NCBI GenBank assembly: GCA_964550175.1
Contig: CAZJXP010000001.1
Span: forward strand, 322,774-386,773
Reading direction: 5' to 3'
Source: an uncultured Methanosarcinales archaeon
GTDB taxonomy: Archaea > Nanobdellota > Nanobdellia > Woesearchaeales > ARS49
DNA: 64,000 nt
Shown here: positions 21,504 to 31,911 of the stretch, piece by piece
How the letters are laid out: each line of letters begins with the position of its first letter
Numbering within the stretch: position 1 is the first letter of the stretch
The notes under the pieces: generated by a model
Database searches by the model: none
What the model saw: the letters and a program-made list of their open reading frames with translations, nothing else
Told to the model about the DNA's origin: nothing
Program-made: the position numbers and the translations under genes

Positions 21504-21767
21504 ATGCCAAAAGAAGAGTTTATTGAAATTACGGAAATTACTGACGGAAAAAAAACGCAGCACAAGTATCCAAATTTTGAACCAGAATTAAGTGTGAAAC
21601 CTCAAACAACAAAATGGTTTTTTTACACATTTAATTGGATATCACTATTGTTCTGTTTAACTTTTATTATTTTGATATTTTTGGAAAAACCGTTGCCAGA
21701 ATACTTCATTGGATTTATAGGTTCCATAATCGGATATTTCATTGCAAAAAGACCATATGAACTATAA
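21504..21767 (+). CDS. Small 2-TM membrane protein (87 aa)
   Basis: Two hydrophobic helices; 5-nt gap after the RHH gene suggests an operon. Confidence 0.4.
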   Translation: MPKEEFIEITEITDGKKTQHKYPNFEPELSVKPQTTKWFFYTFNWISLLFCLTFIILIFLEKPLPEYFIGFIGSIIGYFIAKRPYEL

Positions 21768-21785
21768 TTTACGTACGAGTTATCT

Positions 21786-22313
21786 ATGCAATTCAAGAAA
21801 AAGGGAATCATTCATGTTTCCATTCAAGATATCATGCTTGAAGACGGAACTACTATTGGCGTATTTGAAGGAAATCGTGGCGCGAATCCCGATCACGATA
21901 TTCTCATTAAATATCAAGAAAAAGCAAAGCGGTTACGCACGCCAAAACACGTTCATTGGGTTATTGACTTGCTAATTAAAAAACAGCATAACCCCGAACT
22001 AACGATTAAGTTCATGACTTATTTACGAAATATGTACGATCGTGTTGAAAAGTTCACCAGTAAAGAAGATAGAGCAAAATGTATTTTGAAAGAAACGACA
22101 AAAGTAAAATTAGCGCCATTTAAGGAGCTCGATAAGTATGGTGAGTATAAAGTAGAATTCGTTGGTCATCTTATTGAACTCATGATTAAGATGGAAAAGA
22201 ACACCCCGCCAGACAAACCTGCTCGCGTGTTCAGAGAATTAATTGATGCTATGATTCAAGAAAAAGACATATTTTCAATCGTGAGCAGAGCAACTCAAAT
22301 CGGCGGCCGTTAA
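21786..22313 (+). CDS. Hypothetical protein (175 aa), convergent and tail-overlapping with the Dam methyltransferase
   Basis: AT-rich ORF; stop overlaps the MTase stop region. Candidate partner of the MTase, which is speculation. Confidence 0.4.
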   Translation: MQFKKKGIIHVSIQDIMLEDGTTIGVFEGNRGANPDHDILIKYQEKAKRLRTPKHVHWVIDLLIKKQHNPELTIKFMTYLRNMYDRVEKFTSKEDRAKCILKETTKVKLAPFKELDKYGEYKVEFVGHLIELMIKMEKNTPPDKPARVFRELIDAMIQEKDIFSIVSRATQIGGR

Positions 22314-23197
22314 TAATTTGTCACAACAACTTCATTAATCAGTCCGCGACCGTCACTTCTGCAATTAATCATGCGTTTTGCCTGAACCGTATGAATATTG
22401 TATTTTGAGTAGAGTTCTCGAATAAACGTCGTGTCGCTATTGCTTAACATACAGAGAACGCCCTTTTTATCTAGCTTCTTGAAGACGTCAGCGAGTGCGA
22501 GCTGTTCCTTGTCAAGGAAGTCTCCTTTTGCATATTTTGTGAAGCTGGGTTTTCTGTCAAGCGGATAGTACGGCGGATCGAAATAGACGAAATCTCCTTT
22601 CTGACATTTATCAAGAACAACTTCAAAACTGCCCGTTGAGGTCTTAAATTGCTTCAATATCTTGTTTAATTCCTGAATATTGTCTTTTTGAATTATGTTT
22701 GGATTTTTGTACTTGCCACAGGGCACGTTAAATTGTCCTTTGCTATTGACACGGTGCAAACCGTTAAAACATGTTCTATTGAGATAAACAAAACGTGCGG
22801 CACGTTCTTCCTTTGATAACGTCTTCACATCAAGCGCACGTACTTTGTAAAAATGAGCTGCTGAATGCTTTTTCTTATGTTCTGTCAACAATTTTGTTAA
22901 ACGTGTAGGATTGTCACGAACAACTTCATATGTGTCAATAAGCTCAGAATTAACATCCGAGATGAACAGTTTCTTTTCCGGAAATTGTTTCGCTAGATGG
23001 AACGCGACAATTGCACTTCCTGCGAACGGCTCAAAGTAGTTGTTGAACGATTCGGGAAAGAGAGGAATAAACTGAGCAAGAAGCTGCCGTTTGCCACCTG
23101 CCCATTTTACAATGGTTGGCGCAGTGATAACTTCTTTAACGATCGCAGTTTGCAACGGAACACCCTCTTTAATGAAGGAAGATATTGCGAGCTGCAT
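22310..23197 (-). CDS. DNA adenine methyltransferase (Dam / D12 class N6-adenine MTase)
   Basis: Motif I FEPFAGSA and motif IV DPPY; overall Dam-like length and order. Confidence 0.85.
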   Translation of the reverse strand: MQLAISSFIKEGVPLQTAIVKEVITAPTIVKWAGGKRQLLAQFIPLFPESFNNYFEPFAGSAIVAFHLAKQFPEKKLFISDVNSELIDTYEVVRDNPTRLTKLLTEHKKKHSAAHFYKVRALDVKTLSKEERAARFVYLNRTCFNGLHRVNSKGQFNVPCGKYKNPNIIQKDNIQELNKILKQFKTSTGSFEVVLDKCQKGDFVYFDPPYYPLDRKPSFTKYAKGDFLDKEQLALADVFKKLDKKGVLCMLSNSDTTFIRELYSKYNIHTVQAKRMINCRSDGRGLINEVVVTNY

Positions 23198-23285
23198 ATT
23201 TTAAGCTTTGCATAAGTAGTTAAATTGGCTACGAGCCCATGTCCAGTGACAAACATTTTTAACTAACCTATAGATTATATAATCA

Positions 23286-23954
23286 ATGAGAAAAACACAA
23301 GAAAAGTTCCTCTTCTCCCCCTCCTCGCTGAACCTCCTCAAGGACTGCCCCCGTTGTTTCTGGTTGCAGTTCAACAAGGCCATCAAGCGTCCGGCAGGCA
23401 TCTTTCCATCATTACCATCAGGCATGGATCATGTTCTGAAGACTCATTTCGACCGGTACATCGGGAAAGGACTCCCATCTGAGTTGAAGAACCTTGAAGG
23501 GGTCGAACTGTTCAGCGACAAAGCCCAATTGGACCTCTGGCGGTCGAACTTCAAGGGAATACGCCTAGAAACGCCTGCGTACACGCTCCGTGGTGCGGTG
23601 GACAACCTGCTCGTGAAAGGAAAGAAACTCATTGTGCTTGATTACAAGACGCGCGGTTTCCCGCTGAAGGAAGACACGCATCACCATGCAGAAGATCAGA
23701 TGCACCTCTACAACTTTCTGCTGCGCAAGAACGGCCACGCGACCGAAGACTACTCCTATCTCCTATTCTACCATCCGAAGGAAGTGCTGGAAAACGGCGA
23801 TGTCGTCTTCAATAAGGATTTAATCAAAATTCCTGTGGACATCAAGCGTGCCAAAACCATCTTGAAAACAGCCGTGAAAACGTTAAAGGCAAAGTGTCCG
23901 AAGAAGTCTTGCGACTGGTGTCAATCACACACAAGTCGACCAAAACCAAAATAG
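23286..23954 (+). CDS. PD-(D/E)XK nuclease, Cas4-like (RecB-family) with Cys cluster
   Basis: N-terminal CPRCFW, central IVLDYKT (D-x-K) and C-terminal CPKKSCDWC, a Cas4-like Fe-S cysteine arrangement. Confidence 0.6.
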   Translation: MRKTQEKFLFSPSSLNLLKDCPRCFWLQFNKAIKRPAGIFPSLPSGMDHVLKTHFDRYIGKGLPSELKNLEGVELFSDKAQLDLWRSNFKGIRLETPAYTLRGAVDNLLVKGKKLIVLDYKTRGFPLKEDTHHHAEDQMHLYNFLLRKNGHATEDYSYLLFYHPKEVLENGDVVFNKDLIKIPVDIKRAKTILKTAVKTLKAKCPKKSCDWCQSHTSRPKPK

Positions 23955-24443
23955 CCCTGCTATTACCGAAAAGACTGCTACTGACAAAGCAGCTATCGTT
24001 GAAATTTTGATGTCTTTTGAAACGACAAACGTGATGCCCAGTACCGAAGCGCCGAATGCCCCTGCTAGAAGAAGAATACTTAAAATCGCACCGACAATTC
24101 CCATGGATGCGAATCCACCATACTGATTAGCTAATTTACAAAGTGCATCATCCTTTATGCAACGACCTTCAGAGCACGCATTTCCATTTTGAGCACAATC
24201 TTCATTTCGCACGCACGATTCTCCCTGTGCACTTTTCTGACAATGACCTGATCGACAGCTGCCAACGGCACAATCATACGTTGAAACGCATTCTTCAAAT
24301 TCATTACTTTTTGCACAGAAACCGCCTTCACAGCGACCTGAAAGACAATCAGTCGGAATTTCGCATGATGAATGAGCGCCGACTCGACCATCACAGCCGG
24401 CGAGCATCAGCAGCATAATCGGCAAAATCCACCAATATTTTTC
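23925..24443 (-). CDS. Cys-rich surface lipoprotein with C-terminal TM anchor
   Basis: Lipobox LLMLAGC; repeated C..DC..G.C..G.C modules (about 22 Cys); C-terminal hydrophobic helices. Confidence 0.55.
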   Translation of the reverse strand, partial: EKYWWILPIMLLMLAGCDGRVGAHSSCEIPTDCLSGRCEGGFCAKSNEFEECVSTYDCAVGSCRSGHCQKSAQGESCVRNEDCAQNGNACSEGRCIKDDALCKLANQYGGFASMGIVGAILSILLLAGAFGASVLGITFVVSKDIKISTIAALSVAVFSVIAGLFWFWSTCV

Positions 24444-24869
24444 CATGCCCATCCCGCGACGCACGGAATGCAATCCGTTAAAAGGGTTATGGACGCAAAG
24501 TACTTTGCCATATAAAAATTAAAGAAAGACAACCATTCATCTCGGCGCTTTCACCCTCCTCACCCTCATCTCAACGCAGGTGCAGAAGCGTTCAGGTTTG
24601 TTGCACATGACGCACAGCACGGGTCAGTCGCAGGTGATGCAGGTCATTCTTCCCGTGAGCAAGACACGCAGGCGATGGTTGATATTCTCGACGTGCTGCG
24701 TTCTTTATAACAACGCAAACTTAATTCCCGCAATTCTTCCGATTTTTCGGAAAAGTTTCCGGATTATCTTGAGAAACTCATATCAAGCCAAAATCATCCA
24801 CTTCACCTCATGGACTCCAAAGCCCAGAAAACCTTAAATATACATACCGTGTTAATACGGGATACATAC

Positions 24870-25124
24870 ATGGTGCAGGCAATCATAAACATCCCGGAAC
24901 ACACGAACCAGCTTCTGAACATCGTGAAAGCGAAGTACGGACTGAAGGACAAGTCTCAGGCCATCGAGAGAATGGCGGAAGAATACGAAGAAATCGTCCT
25001 CGAGAAGCCGTTCAAGCCCGCGATGCAGAAGAAGCTTGAACGCAGGCTCGCGGACATGAAGAAGGGCATACGCACGACGCGGATGACGCAGAAAGAAGCT
25101 TTGGAATACCTGAAGGGGTTGTGA
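24870..25124 (+). CDS. Antitoxin (small helical/RHH-like) of a RelE/ParE-type pair
   Basis: 85 aa, overlaps the downstream toxin by 4 nt (GTGA). Confidence 0.5.
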   Translation: MVQAIINIPEHTNQLLNIVKAKYGLKDKSQAIERMAEEYEEIVLEKPFKPAMQKKLERRLADMKKGIRTTRMTQKEALEYLKGL

Positions 25125-25375
25125 GCTATCATCTCGAATTCAGCGACGCTTACCAGCGGGACTTCAAGAAAATAAAGAAGAAAGACCCTGTCCGCGCGTC
25201 GCAGATCAAGCGGAAGCTTGAGGAGGTCGTTCTCGCGCCAGAACGATTCAAACCGCTTCGCAACATCTTAGCTGGATTCTATAGGCTCCATTTCGGAAGT
25301 TTCGTGTTAATATACTGCATAGAAGGGGATTGTGTGTACGTCGTTGGTATCGAACATCACGATGATGCTTACTAG
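25121..25375 (+). CDS. Type II toxin, RelE/ParE family
   Basis: 84 aa; C-terminal YRLHFGSFVLIYCIEGDCVYVVGIEHHDDAY matches the RelE/ParE Y-R-[IL]-R-x-G-x-Y-R-[IV]-I-Y...H-R-x-x-Y pattern. Confidence 0.7.
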   Translation: MSYHLEFSDAYQRDFKKIKKKDPVRASQIKRKLEEVVLAPERFKPLRNILAGFYRLHFGSFVLIYCIEGDCVYVVGIEHHDDAY

Positions 25376-25390
25376 TTTTCTGACTTCGAC

Positions 25391-25648
25391 TCACAACTGT
25401 CTATACTGAGAAACATGCACATCAATCTCGTCCAATTTCTTCTCGACAATCGTCACGTCCTGGTGCGTCTTCGGCGTTCGAGAAACCTCGGCGACATCGT
25501 GAATTAGAGAATCAACCAACTTCTGCAAGTGGAACTCCTCAAGCAATTTCTTCAGCTCGACCAATTTCGCCGTGACCAACAGAAACTTCCCCTTCTCAAG
25601 CGCGTTGCGAATCGACGCGATCAACGAGCTCACATCTTCAATCGTCAT
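25391..25648 (-). CDS. Hypothetical helical protein (85 aa), downstream member of an overlapping pair
   Basis: 4-nt overlap with the upstream ORF; possibly a second TA-like module. Confidence 0.35.
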   Translation of the reverse strand: MTIEDVSSLIASIRNALEKGKFLLVTAKLVELKKLLEEFHLQKLVDSLIHDVAEVSRTPKTHQDVTIVEKKLDEIDVHVSQYRQL

Positions 25649-26025
25649 AGGACCTTCACGGGCTTGCCGTAGATGGAGATGTAGCGTTCAACCAATTCGT
25701 TCGTCGGGGCGCGGATGACCGTCACCATCAATCCCCAGCCGAGATCGACCTTGTTCTCAATCGAGCACGCGCCGAGCTTGTACGCATTCATGGACCGGAT
25801 GCCCTGCTTCGTCTCCTCATTCAAATCCAGGCGCGACTTCAAGAGGCTGGCGTTCACATCAGCGCAGACATCCTCCAATAAGGCCATCGTTTCAATAAGC
25901 CGCTGCGTGTTGCCCTCAAGCTCCCGTTTGATCTCGTTCTGAAACCTGATTTCCATAACAACCACGGTGTGCGCAATCTTTAAAAAGGCTTCGACAAGCA
26001 TATTCCATATGACGCTCACGGTCAA
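25645..26025 (-). CDS. Hypothetical protein (126 aa), upstream member of an overlapping pair
   Basis: ORF with translational coupling to 25391..25648. Confidence 0.35.
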   Translation of the reverse strand: MTVSVIWNMLVEAFLKIAHTVVVMEIRFQNEIKRELEGNTQRLIETMALLEDVCADVNASLLKSRLDLNEETKQGIRSMNAYKLGACSIENKVDLGWGLMVTVIRAPTNELVERYISIYGKPVKVL

Positions 26026-26305
26026 AAAGCTCGACTACGCCGGCTACGACGGCGACTTCAGCGGCGGCTTCCTCGAAGCGCGGGTCATCACCACTGGACC
26101 GTTCGACCACTTCGTGCTTTTGAAGTACGACACGCATCCTGACCTGTTCGAGAGCCGAAGCCACTACAAAAAAATAGAATGCAAAGACAAGGACGACCTG
26201 CTGGACAAGTTCAAGCGCGCGTTCGGCGGCCACCAGTTCAAGAATTGGAAAGACACGGACGAAAACGCCGGATACTCAACGCAACAGCAGTATCTGTTCG
26301 CGTGA
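26009..26305 (+). CDS. Hypothetical protein (98 aa)
   Basis: Start taken at MTLTVKKLDY within the track's ORF 25967..26305. Confidence 0.35.
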   Translation: MTLTVKKLDYAGYDGDFSGGFLEARVITTGPFDHFVLLKYDTHPDLFESRSHYKKIECKDKDDLLDKFKRAFGGHQFKNWKDTDENAGYSTQQQYLFA

Positions 26306-26321
26306 CGCACTCCATTTCACA

Positions 26322-26407
26322 CTTTTTACCGGCGATATTAGAACCGTGAGCTCAATTATGATAACACTGATGGCTCTAAAGACGAAACAAAACGTGGCGG
26401 TAAAAAG
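26322..26407. repeat. Intergenic palindromic element copy
   Basis: CTTTTTACCGGCGATATTAG ... GTGGCGGTAAAAAG; ends 19 nt before the kae1 ATG. Confidence 0.7.
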
Positions 26408-26425
26408 CTTAGCGCAGGACAACTC

Positions 26426-27406
26426 ATGAAAATCAAAACCATTCTCGGCATTGAAAGCACCGCCCACACGTTCGGCGTCGGCATCATAACGTCCAAAGGA
26501 AAGATTCTCGCGAACGCGCGAGACATGTACAAGACCAATTCCGGCGGAATGATTCCCGGAGAAGTCGTCAAGCACCACGAGAAAGTAAAGCAAATAATTC
26601 TAAACCAAGCCTTGACCGAAGCCAAACTCACTATGGAAGACATAGACTTGATCAGCTTCTCAAGAGGTCCAGGCTTCACCGCAGGAATTCTAACCGTCGG
26701 AAGAACATTCGCGTTAGAACTCGCCGAACAACACTCCTTGCCATTAGTCGGCGTCAACCATAGCATGGCCCATTTAACGATCGGCGACTTGATCTGCAAA
26801 GCCAAAGACCCCGTCTACCTCTACGTCTCCGGCCCGAACACCCAAGTCATCGCGTACGCCGGAAAACGGATGCGCATCTTCGGCGAAACTCTCGACAACG
26901 GGCTAGGAAACATATTGGACAAATTCGCGAGAGACGCAAATTTAGGCTTCCCCGGCGGACCGAAAATAGAACAATTAGCCTTGAAATCAAACCATTTCAT
27001 CGAACTCCCCTACCGAGTAAAAGGCATGGACGTCAGTTTCGCGGGAATGCTCACCAACGCCCAACATCTTTTGGCAACCGGAACCAAGATCGAAGACCTC
27101 TGCTTCTCGATGCAAGAGACTTCCTTCGCGATGCTCGCCGAAGTCGCGGAAAGAGCGATGGCCCACTGCGACAAGAAAGAACTCCTATTAATCGGCGGCG
27201 TGGCAGCCAACAAACGCTTAGGAACCATGCTCGACCAGATGTGCAAGGCAAGAAAAGCCAAGTTCCACGCCGTGCCTTTAGCCTACTCGGGCGACCAAGG
27301 CGTCATGATAGCCTGGCAAGGATTCTTAGAATTCACGCACGGCAAAATCAGCACCGGAATCTTCCCGCACGAACGCGTCGATGAAATTGAAGTTACTTGG
27401 CGTTAA
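26426..27406 (+). CDS. kae1: tRNA N6-threonylcarbamoyladenosine synthase Kae1 (stand-alone, not fused to Bud32)
   Basis: GIESTAHT N-terminus, HSMAH metal-binding motif, ASKH-fold length of 326 aa. Confidence 0.9.
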   Translation: MKIKTILGIESTAHTFGVGIITSKGKILANARDMYKTNSGGMIPGEVVKHHEKVKQIILNQALTEAKLTMEDIDLISFSRGPGFTAGILTVGRTFALELAEQHSLPLVGVNHSMAHLTIGDLICKAKDPVYLYVSGPNTQVIAYAGKRMRIFGETLDNGLGNILDKFARDANLGFPGGPKIEQLALKSNHFIELPYRVKGMDVSFAGMLTNAQHLLATGTKIEDLCFSMQETSFAMLAEVAERAMAHCDKKELLLIGGVAANKRLGTMLDQMCKARKAKFHAVPLAYSGDQGVMIAWQGFLEFTHGKISTGIFPHERVDEIEVTWR

Positions 27407-27441
27407 TTAACTTTAAATAGCCCCCGCAAGGACTTCTCAGC

Positions 27442-28611
<1,170 letters not shown>

Positions 28612-28627
28612 ACACGCCTTTCACGTT

Positions 28628-28744
28628 TCTTTTTACCGCCCCGATTCGAACCGTTGGCTTGATAAGAATGAAACTCGACGCCGTAACGCTACTTCCAATC
28701 GTGCCGGTAAAAAGTGATGTAAAGACGCATTTGCCGGTAAAAAG
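28628..28744. repeat. Intergenic palindromic element copy with duplicated right end
   Basis: CTTTTTACCGCCCCGATTCG ... CCAATCGTGCCGGTAAAAAG ... GCCGGTAAAAAG. Confidence 0.7.
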
Positions 28745-28795
28745 TTCACTCTTCCCTTCCGAAACCTTTTTGAACCCCTTTTTTCTATCGAAATC

Positions 28796-29102
28796 CATGC
28801 CAACCGCATCCATCTGCGCACGAATCGGCGATCCCGCCATCGACGCATGCCGCAAAGCTCTCAAGGCCAGCGGCATCGACGCCGTCCTCAGCCCATACTA
28901 CGGCGACGCGAAAAGCCCGCAGTACAACGAAAACACGTTCCCCATCATCAACCACAACGGAAAGAGCTATTACGGCAAGAAAGGGCTGCAGGAACTCATC
29001 GAAACCTACAACAAGAAAATAGCCAACAGGCCCGAAACGAAAGTCATCTCTAGCATCCACGCGCCCAAAAAAGCAAATACGGAACCCTACAAGAATCTTT
29101 AA
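28796..29102 (+). CDS. Hypothetical protein (102 aa), possible thioredoxin/glutaredoxin-like
   Basis: ORF starting 50 nt downstream of a GCCGGTAAAAAG element; C..C pair near the N-terminus. Weak. Confidence 0.35.
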
Positions 29103-29111
29103 GAAAAATAA

Positions 29112-29327
29112 TTACTTCTTTTTCTTCGGCTTAGCGCCCATCGTCAAGTCGTGCGCCTTCTCGTACTTGGCTTCCGCGACCGGATCCAGCGGCTCGAACA
29201 CCAAACCGCAGTCCTTGCAGACGACCTGGTCGAGCTCCTTCGACTTCACGAGGTTGTCGCTCGCGCAGTCGGGGCACTCGTTGATTTCCGATATGTTCTT
29301 TATCATGGGGAATTTACTGCTTTGCAA
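29112..29327 (-). CDS. Small zinc-ribbon protein (TFIIB-type C4 ribbon)
   Basis: CPDCAS...CKDCG motif, 71 aa, Lys-rich C-terminus. Confidence 0.5.
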   Translation of the reverse strand: MQSSKFPMIKNISEINECPDCASDNLVKSKELDQVVCKDCGLVFEPLDPVAEAKYEKAHDLTMGAKPKKKK

Positions 29328-29392
29328 ACTTATAAAGATTGTGATTTAACGAAGAAGAGCATTTAAATAAAAATAAGGCACTCTGCAATAGT

Positions 29393-29773
29393 ATGGACTC
29401 TCTTCCCGCGGACCTGCGCAAGGCGTTGACCGCGAAAACGAAAACACAATGGGACGCGCTCACGGAAATCGCGCGGCGGGACTTCATCAGCTGGATAAAC
29501 GACGCCAAGCAGGCCGAAACCCGCGCGAGCCGGATAAAACGCGTGCCGTCGATGCTCGCGTCCGGGAAACGAAGACCGTGCTGCTTCGCCGTCGTTCCGA
29601 TGCATTTCTACAAGGCGCTCGGGACAAACCCGAAGGCGAAGGCGCAGTGGACGACGCTTACCGCGATGGAGAAGCGGGACTTCACCGACTGGGTCGACCA
29701 AGACAAGGAGTTACGTGATAAACGGGTTGAAGAAGCGTGTGCCAAGTTAGTTGCGAAAAAAAGAAATCCGTGA
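29393..29773 (+). CDS. YdeI/OmpD-associated family protein (DUF1801-like)
   Basis: LPADLRKAL...WDALTEIARRDFISWINDAKQAETRASRI pattern. Confidence 0.55.
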   Translation: MDSLPADLRKALTAKTKTQWDALTEIARRDFISWINDAKQAETRASRIKRVPSMLASGKRRPCCFAVVPMHFYKALGTNPKAKAQWTTLTAMEKRDFTDWVDQDKELRDKRVEEACAKLVAKKRNP

Positions 29774-29950
29774 ACGTTTGCTGACCCCTGCTACCTTTTT
29801 ACAATGAGGACCTGAGGTCCTCATGTACCACAGAACCTGCTGGATTCTGTTGGTACCGCCCTGATTTGTTTCGTTAGTGCATCAATTCTAATCACAATCG
29901 AGCTCGCACTACGACAAAATTTGCCGGTAAAAAGTCCACTCTACTCAGAA

Positions 29951-31825
29951 CTACTTGCCCTGCAACTTCTTCAAAATCTCTTCCTTGCCAGTCCAATCCA
30001 ATGCTTCCTTCAAGACTTGCAGAATCGTTTCGACCGGGATGATCTTGATCTTCGCCAGCCGCTCTTCAGACAAAACAATGTCCTGCATGTTCGACTTCGG
30101 CACGATGACGTTGGCGATGCCCGCGTCAATCGCGGCGTCAATCTTAGCCGAAACGCCGCCAATGGGCAAGACGTCGCCGCGAACAGACAATGACCCCGTC
30201 ATCGCGTACGTCTGCTTGATCGGGACTTCCTTCAGCGCGGAAATAATCGCGGTAGCGACCGCAATCGAAGCGGAATCCCCTTCAACTCCTTCATAGGTCT
30301 GCAAAAATTGAACGTAAATGTCGTGCGACTGCTTGATGTCCTCGCCGAAGAACTTTCTGACAATAGCGGTGACGTTCAGGATGGCTTCCTTCGCGATTTC
30401 GCCAAGCTTTCCGGTCGCGACGATGGCCTTCTGCTCCTTGCCTAAAGTCACTTCCGCTTCAATCGGCAAGATGATTCCCGACAATGCCGCGCCGGAACCA
30501 ATCACGGCCAACCCGTTGACTCGTCCGACTTTCTTTCCTTCCGTAACGATGACTTCATACTCCTTCTTGCGCTCGATGAACTTGTCCGCCATCTGCTGCT
30601 CCAACGGCTTCGCGACCTTCTTCGCGGCAAGGATGTGTTCCGGCTCAACGAGCTTCGAATTATTTTCGAGCGCGATGTCGCCGGCAGCTCTAATCAATCC
30701 GCCTAATTCCCTGAATCGCAACGTGAGATGGTCCTTTCGGTTCGCCATTCGTCGAGCGACTTGAATGATAACATCAACCGAAGCCTTTGAGAAGTGAGGG
30801 ATCTTCTTGTCCTTCGCGACTTCCTGCGCGATGAACAACGCAATCTTGTCGCGCGTCTCCTGTGTATCCGGAATCGTTTCCTTCATGAACACTTCGTAAC
30901 CATAGCCTCGGATTCGTGAACGTAATGCGGGGTGAAGGTGTTGAATCGTTTCGACGTTGCCGGCCGCAATCATGACGAAGTTGCACGGGACAGGTTCTGT
31001 TCTTACCATCGCGCCAGCCGAGCGCTCCGACTGTCCCGTGATTGCGTACTTCCCTTCCTGCAGCGCGGTCAAAAGCTCTTGCTGCGTCTGCGGCTCGAGC
31101 GTGGCTATTTCGTCCACGAACAGCACGCCCATGTTGGCCTTGTGGATCATTCCCGCGACGACTCGCTCGTGAGCCGGCGTGCCTAAACCGCCGGACTGGA
31201 ACGGGTCGTGCTGAACGTCGCCCAAAAGCGCGCCGGCGTGCGTTCCCGTCGCGTCCCAGAACGGGGCGTTCTTCTTGCCGAAATTGTCCACGATAACTTT
31301 CGGGACTTCGATACGGATTCCCATGCCGGGACGCTTGGCCATGTTCATGAAGAATGAAAAGCCCGCGAGGAAAATCATGCCGCCGAGGAAAAAGGCAGCG
31401 AACATGATGTCGCTGTTGTAGTAGGAACGCGCCCACCAGGGGAGCACTAATGATAGGATGAGAATGATAATCAACAGCCAGTTCTGGCCCTTGAAGAGGT
31501 TGCTCGACTGCGCGCGGGCCTGCTGCACCAAGACGCGCCCTTGACCGGCCGGAACGGTGCGGATGATGGGCTGGTTCTCGTCATTCGCGTTCGGAAACGC
31601 GATGATGTCGACTAACTTTTCTTTTGGAAGCAATTCCGCAAGCGCGAGACCGAGCATCGACTTTCCCGTGCCGGGCTCGCCGATGAGAAGAACGTGACGT
31701 CGCTGCTGCGCGGCCTTCTTGATGATTTCGACGGCGTCCTCCTGCCCGATAACCTGGTCTATAATTGACTCAGAAACCTTCAGGTCAGCGGTCGACGTGT
31801 ACGCTTTTGCTTTTGATTTTACCAT
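29951..31825 (-). CDS. lonB: Archaeal membrane-bound Lon protease (LonB)
   Basis: AAA+ Walker A GEPGTGKS, two TM helices inserted in the ATPase domain, C-terminal Lon protease domain with the catalytic Ser region (MTGSLSVRG) and Lys. Confidence 0.9.
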   Translation of the reverse strand: MVKSKAKAYTSTADLKVSESIIDQVIGQEDAVEIIKKAAQQRRHVLLIGEPGTGKSMLGLALAELLPKEKLVDIIAFPNANDENQPIIRTVPAGQGRVLVQQARAQSSNLFKGQNWLLIIILILSLVLPWWARSYYNSDIMFAAFFLGGMIFLAGFSFFMNMAKRPGMGIRIEVPKVIVDNFGKKNAPFWDATGTHAGALLGDVQHDPFQSGGLGTPAHERVVAGMIHKANMGVLFVDEIATLEPQTQQELLTALQEGKYAITGQSERSAGAMVRTEPVPCNFVMIAAGNVETIQHLHPALRSRIRGYGYEVFMKETIPDTQETRDKIALFIAQEVAKDKKIPHFSKASVDVIIQVARRMANRKDHLTLRFRELGGLIRAAGDIALENNSKLVEPEHILAAKKVAKPLEQQMADKFIERKKEYEVIVTEGKKVGRVNGLAVIGSGAALSGIILPIEAEVTLGKEQKAIVATGKLGEIAKEAILNVTAIVRKFFGEDIKQSHDIYVQFLQTYEGVEGDSASIAVATAIISALKEVPIKQTYAMTGSLSVRGDVLPIGGVSAKIDAAIDAGIANVIVPKSNMQDIVLSEERLAKIKIIPVETILQVLKEALDWTGKEEILKKLQGK

Positions 31826-31911
31826 AAACCCCGTCAGAATTACTCTCGGGATGATTTATAAAGGTTATGCATGGGGCAGTCGTGCAAAAATATTATTACT
31901 GGTGCAACTCA

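Larger units (their letters stand above)
20110..23280. mobile_element. AT-rich (about 33-36% GC) island of probable foreign origin abutting the 3' end of the rRNA operon
   Basis: Abrupt compositional shift visible in the sequence; carries a ClpP-fold protein, RHH protein, small membrane protein, hypothetical and Dam MTase; no integrase seen. Confidence 0.5.

Noticed and set aside
30774-31436. 220-aa Arg/Gly-rich ORF and other ORFs antisense to lonB (29955..30296 +, 30318..30764 +, 30932..31296 +)
   Set aside because: They are antisense or out-of-frame to a confidently identified LonB gene, with low-complexity Arg/Pro/Gly composition typical of off-frame translation of GC-rich sequence.
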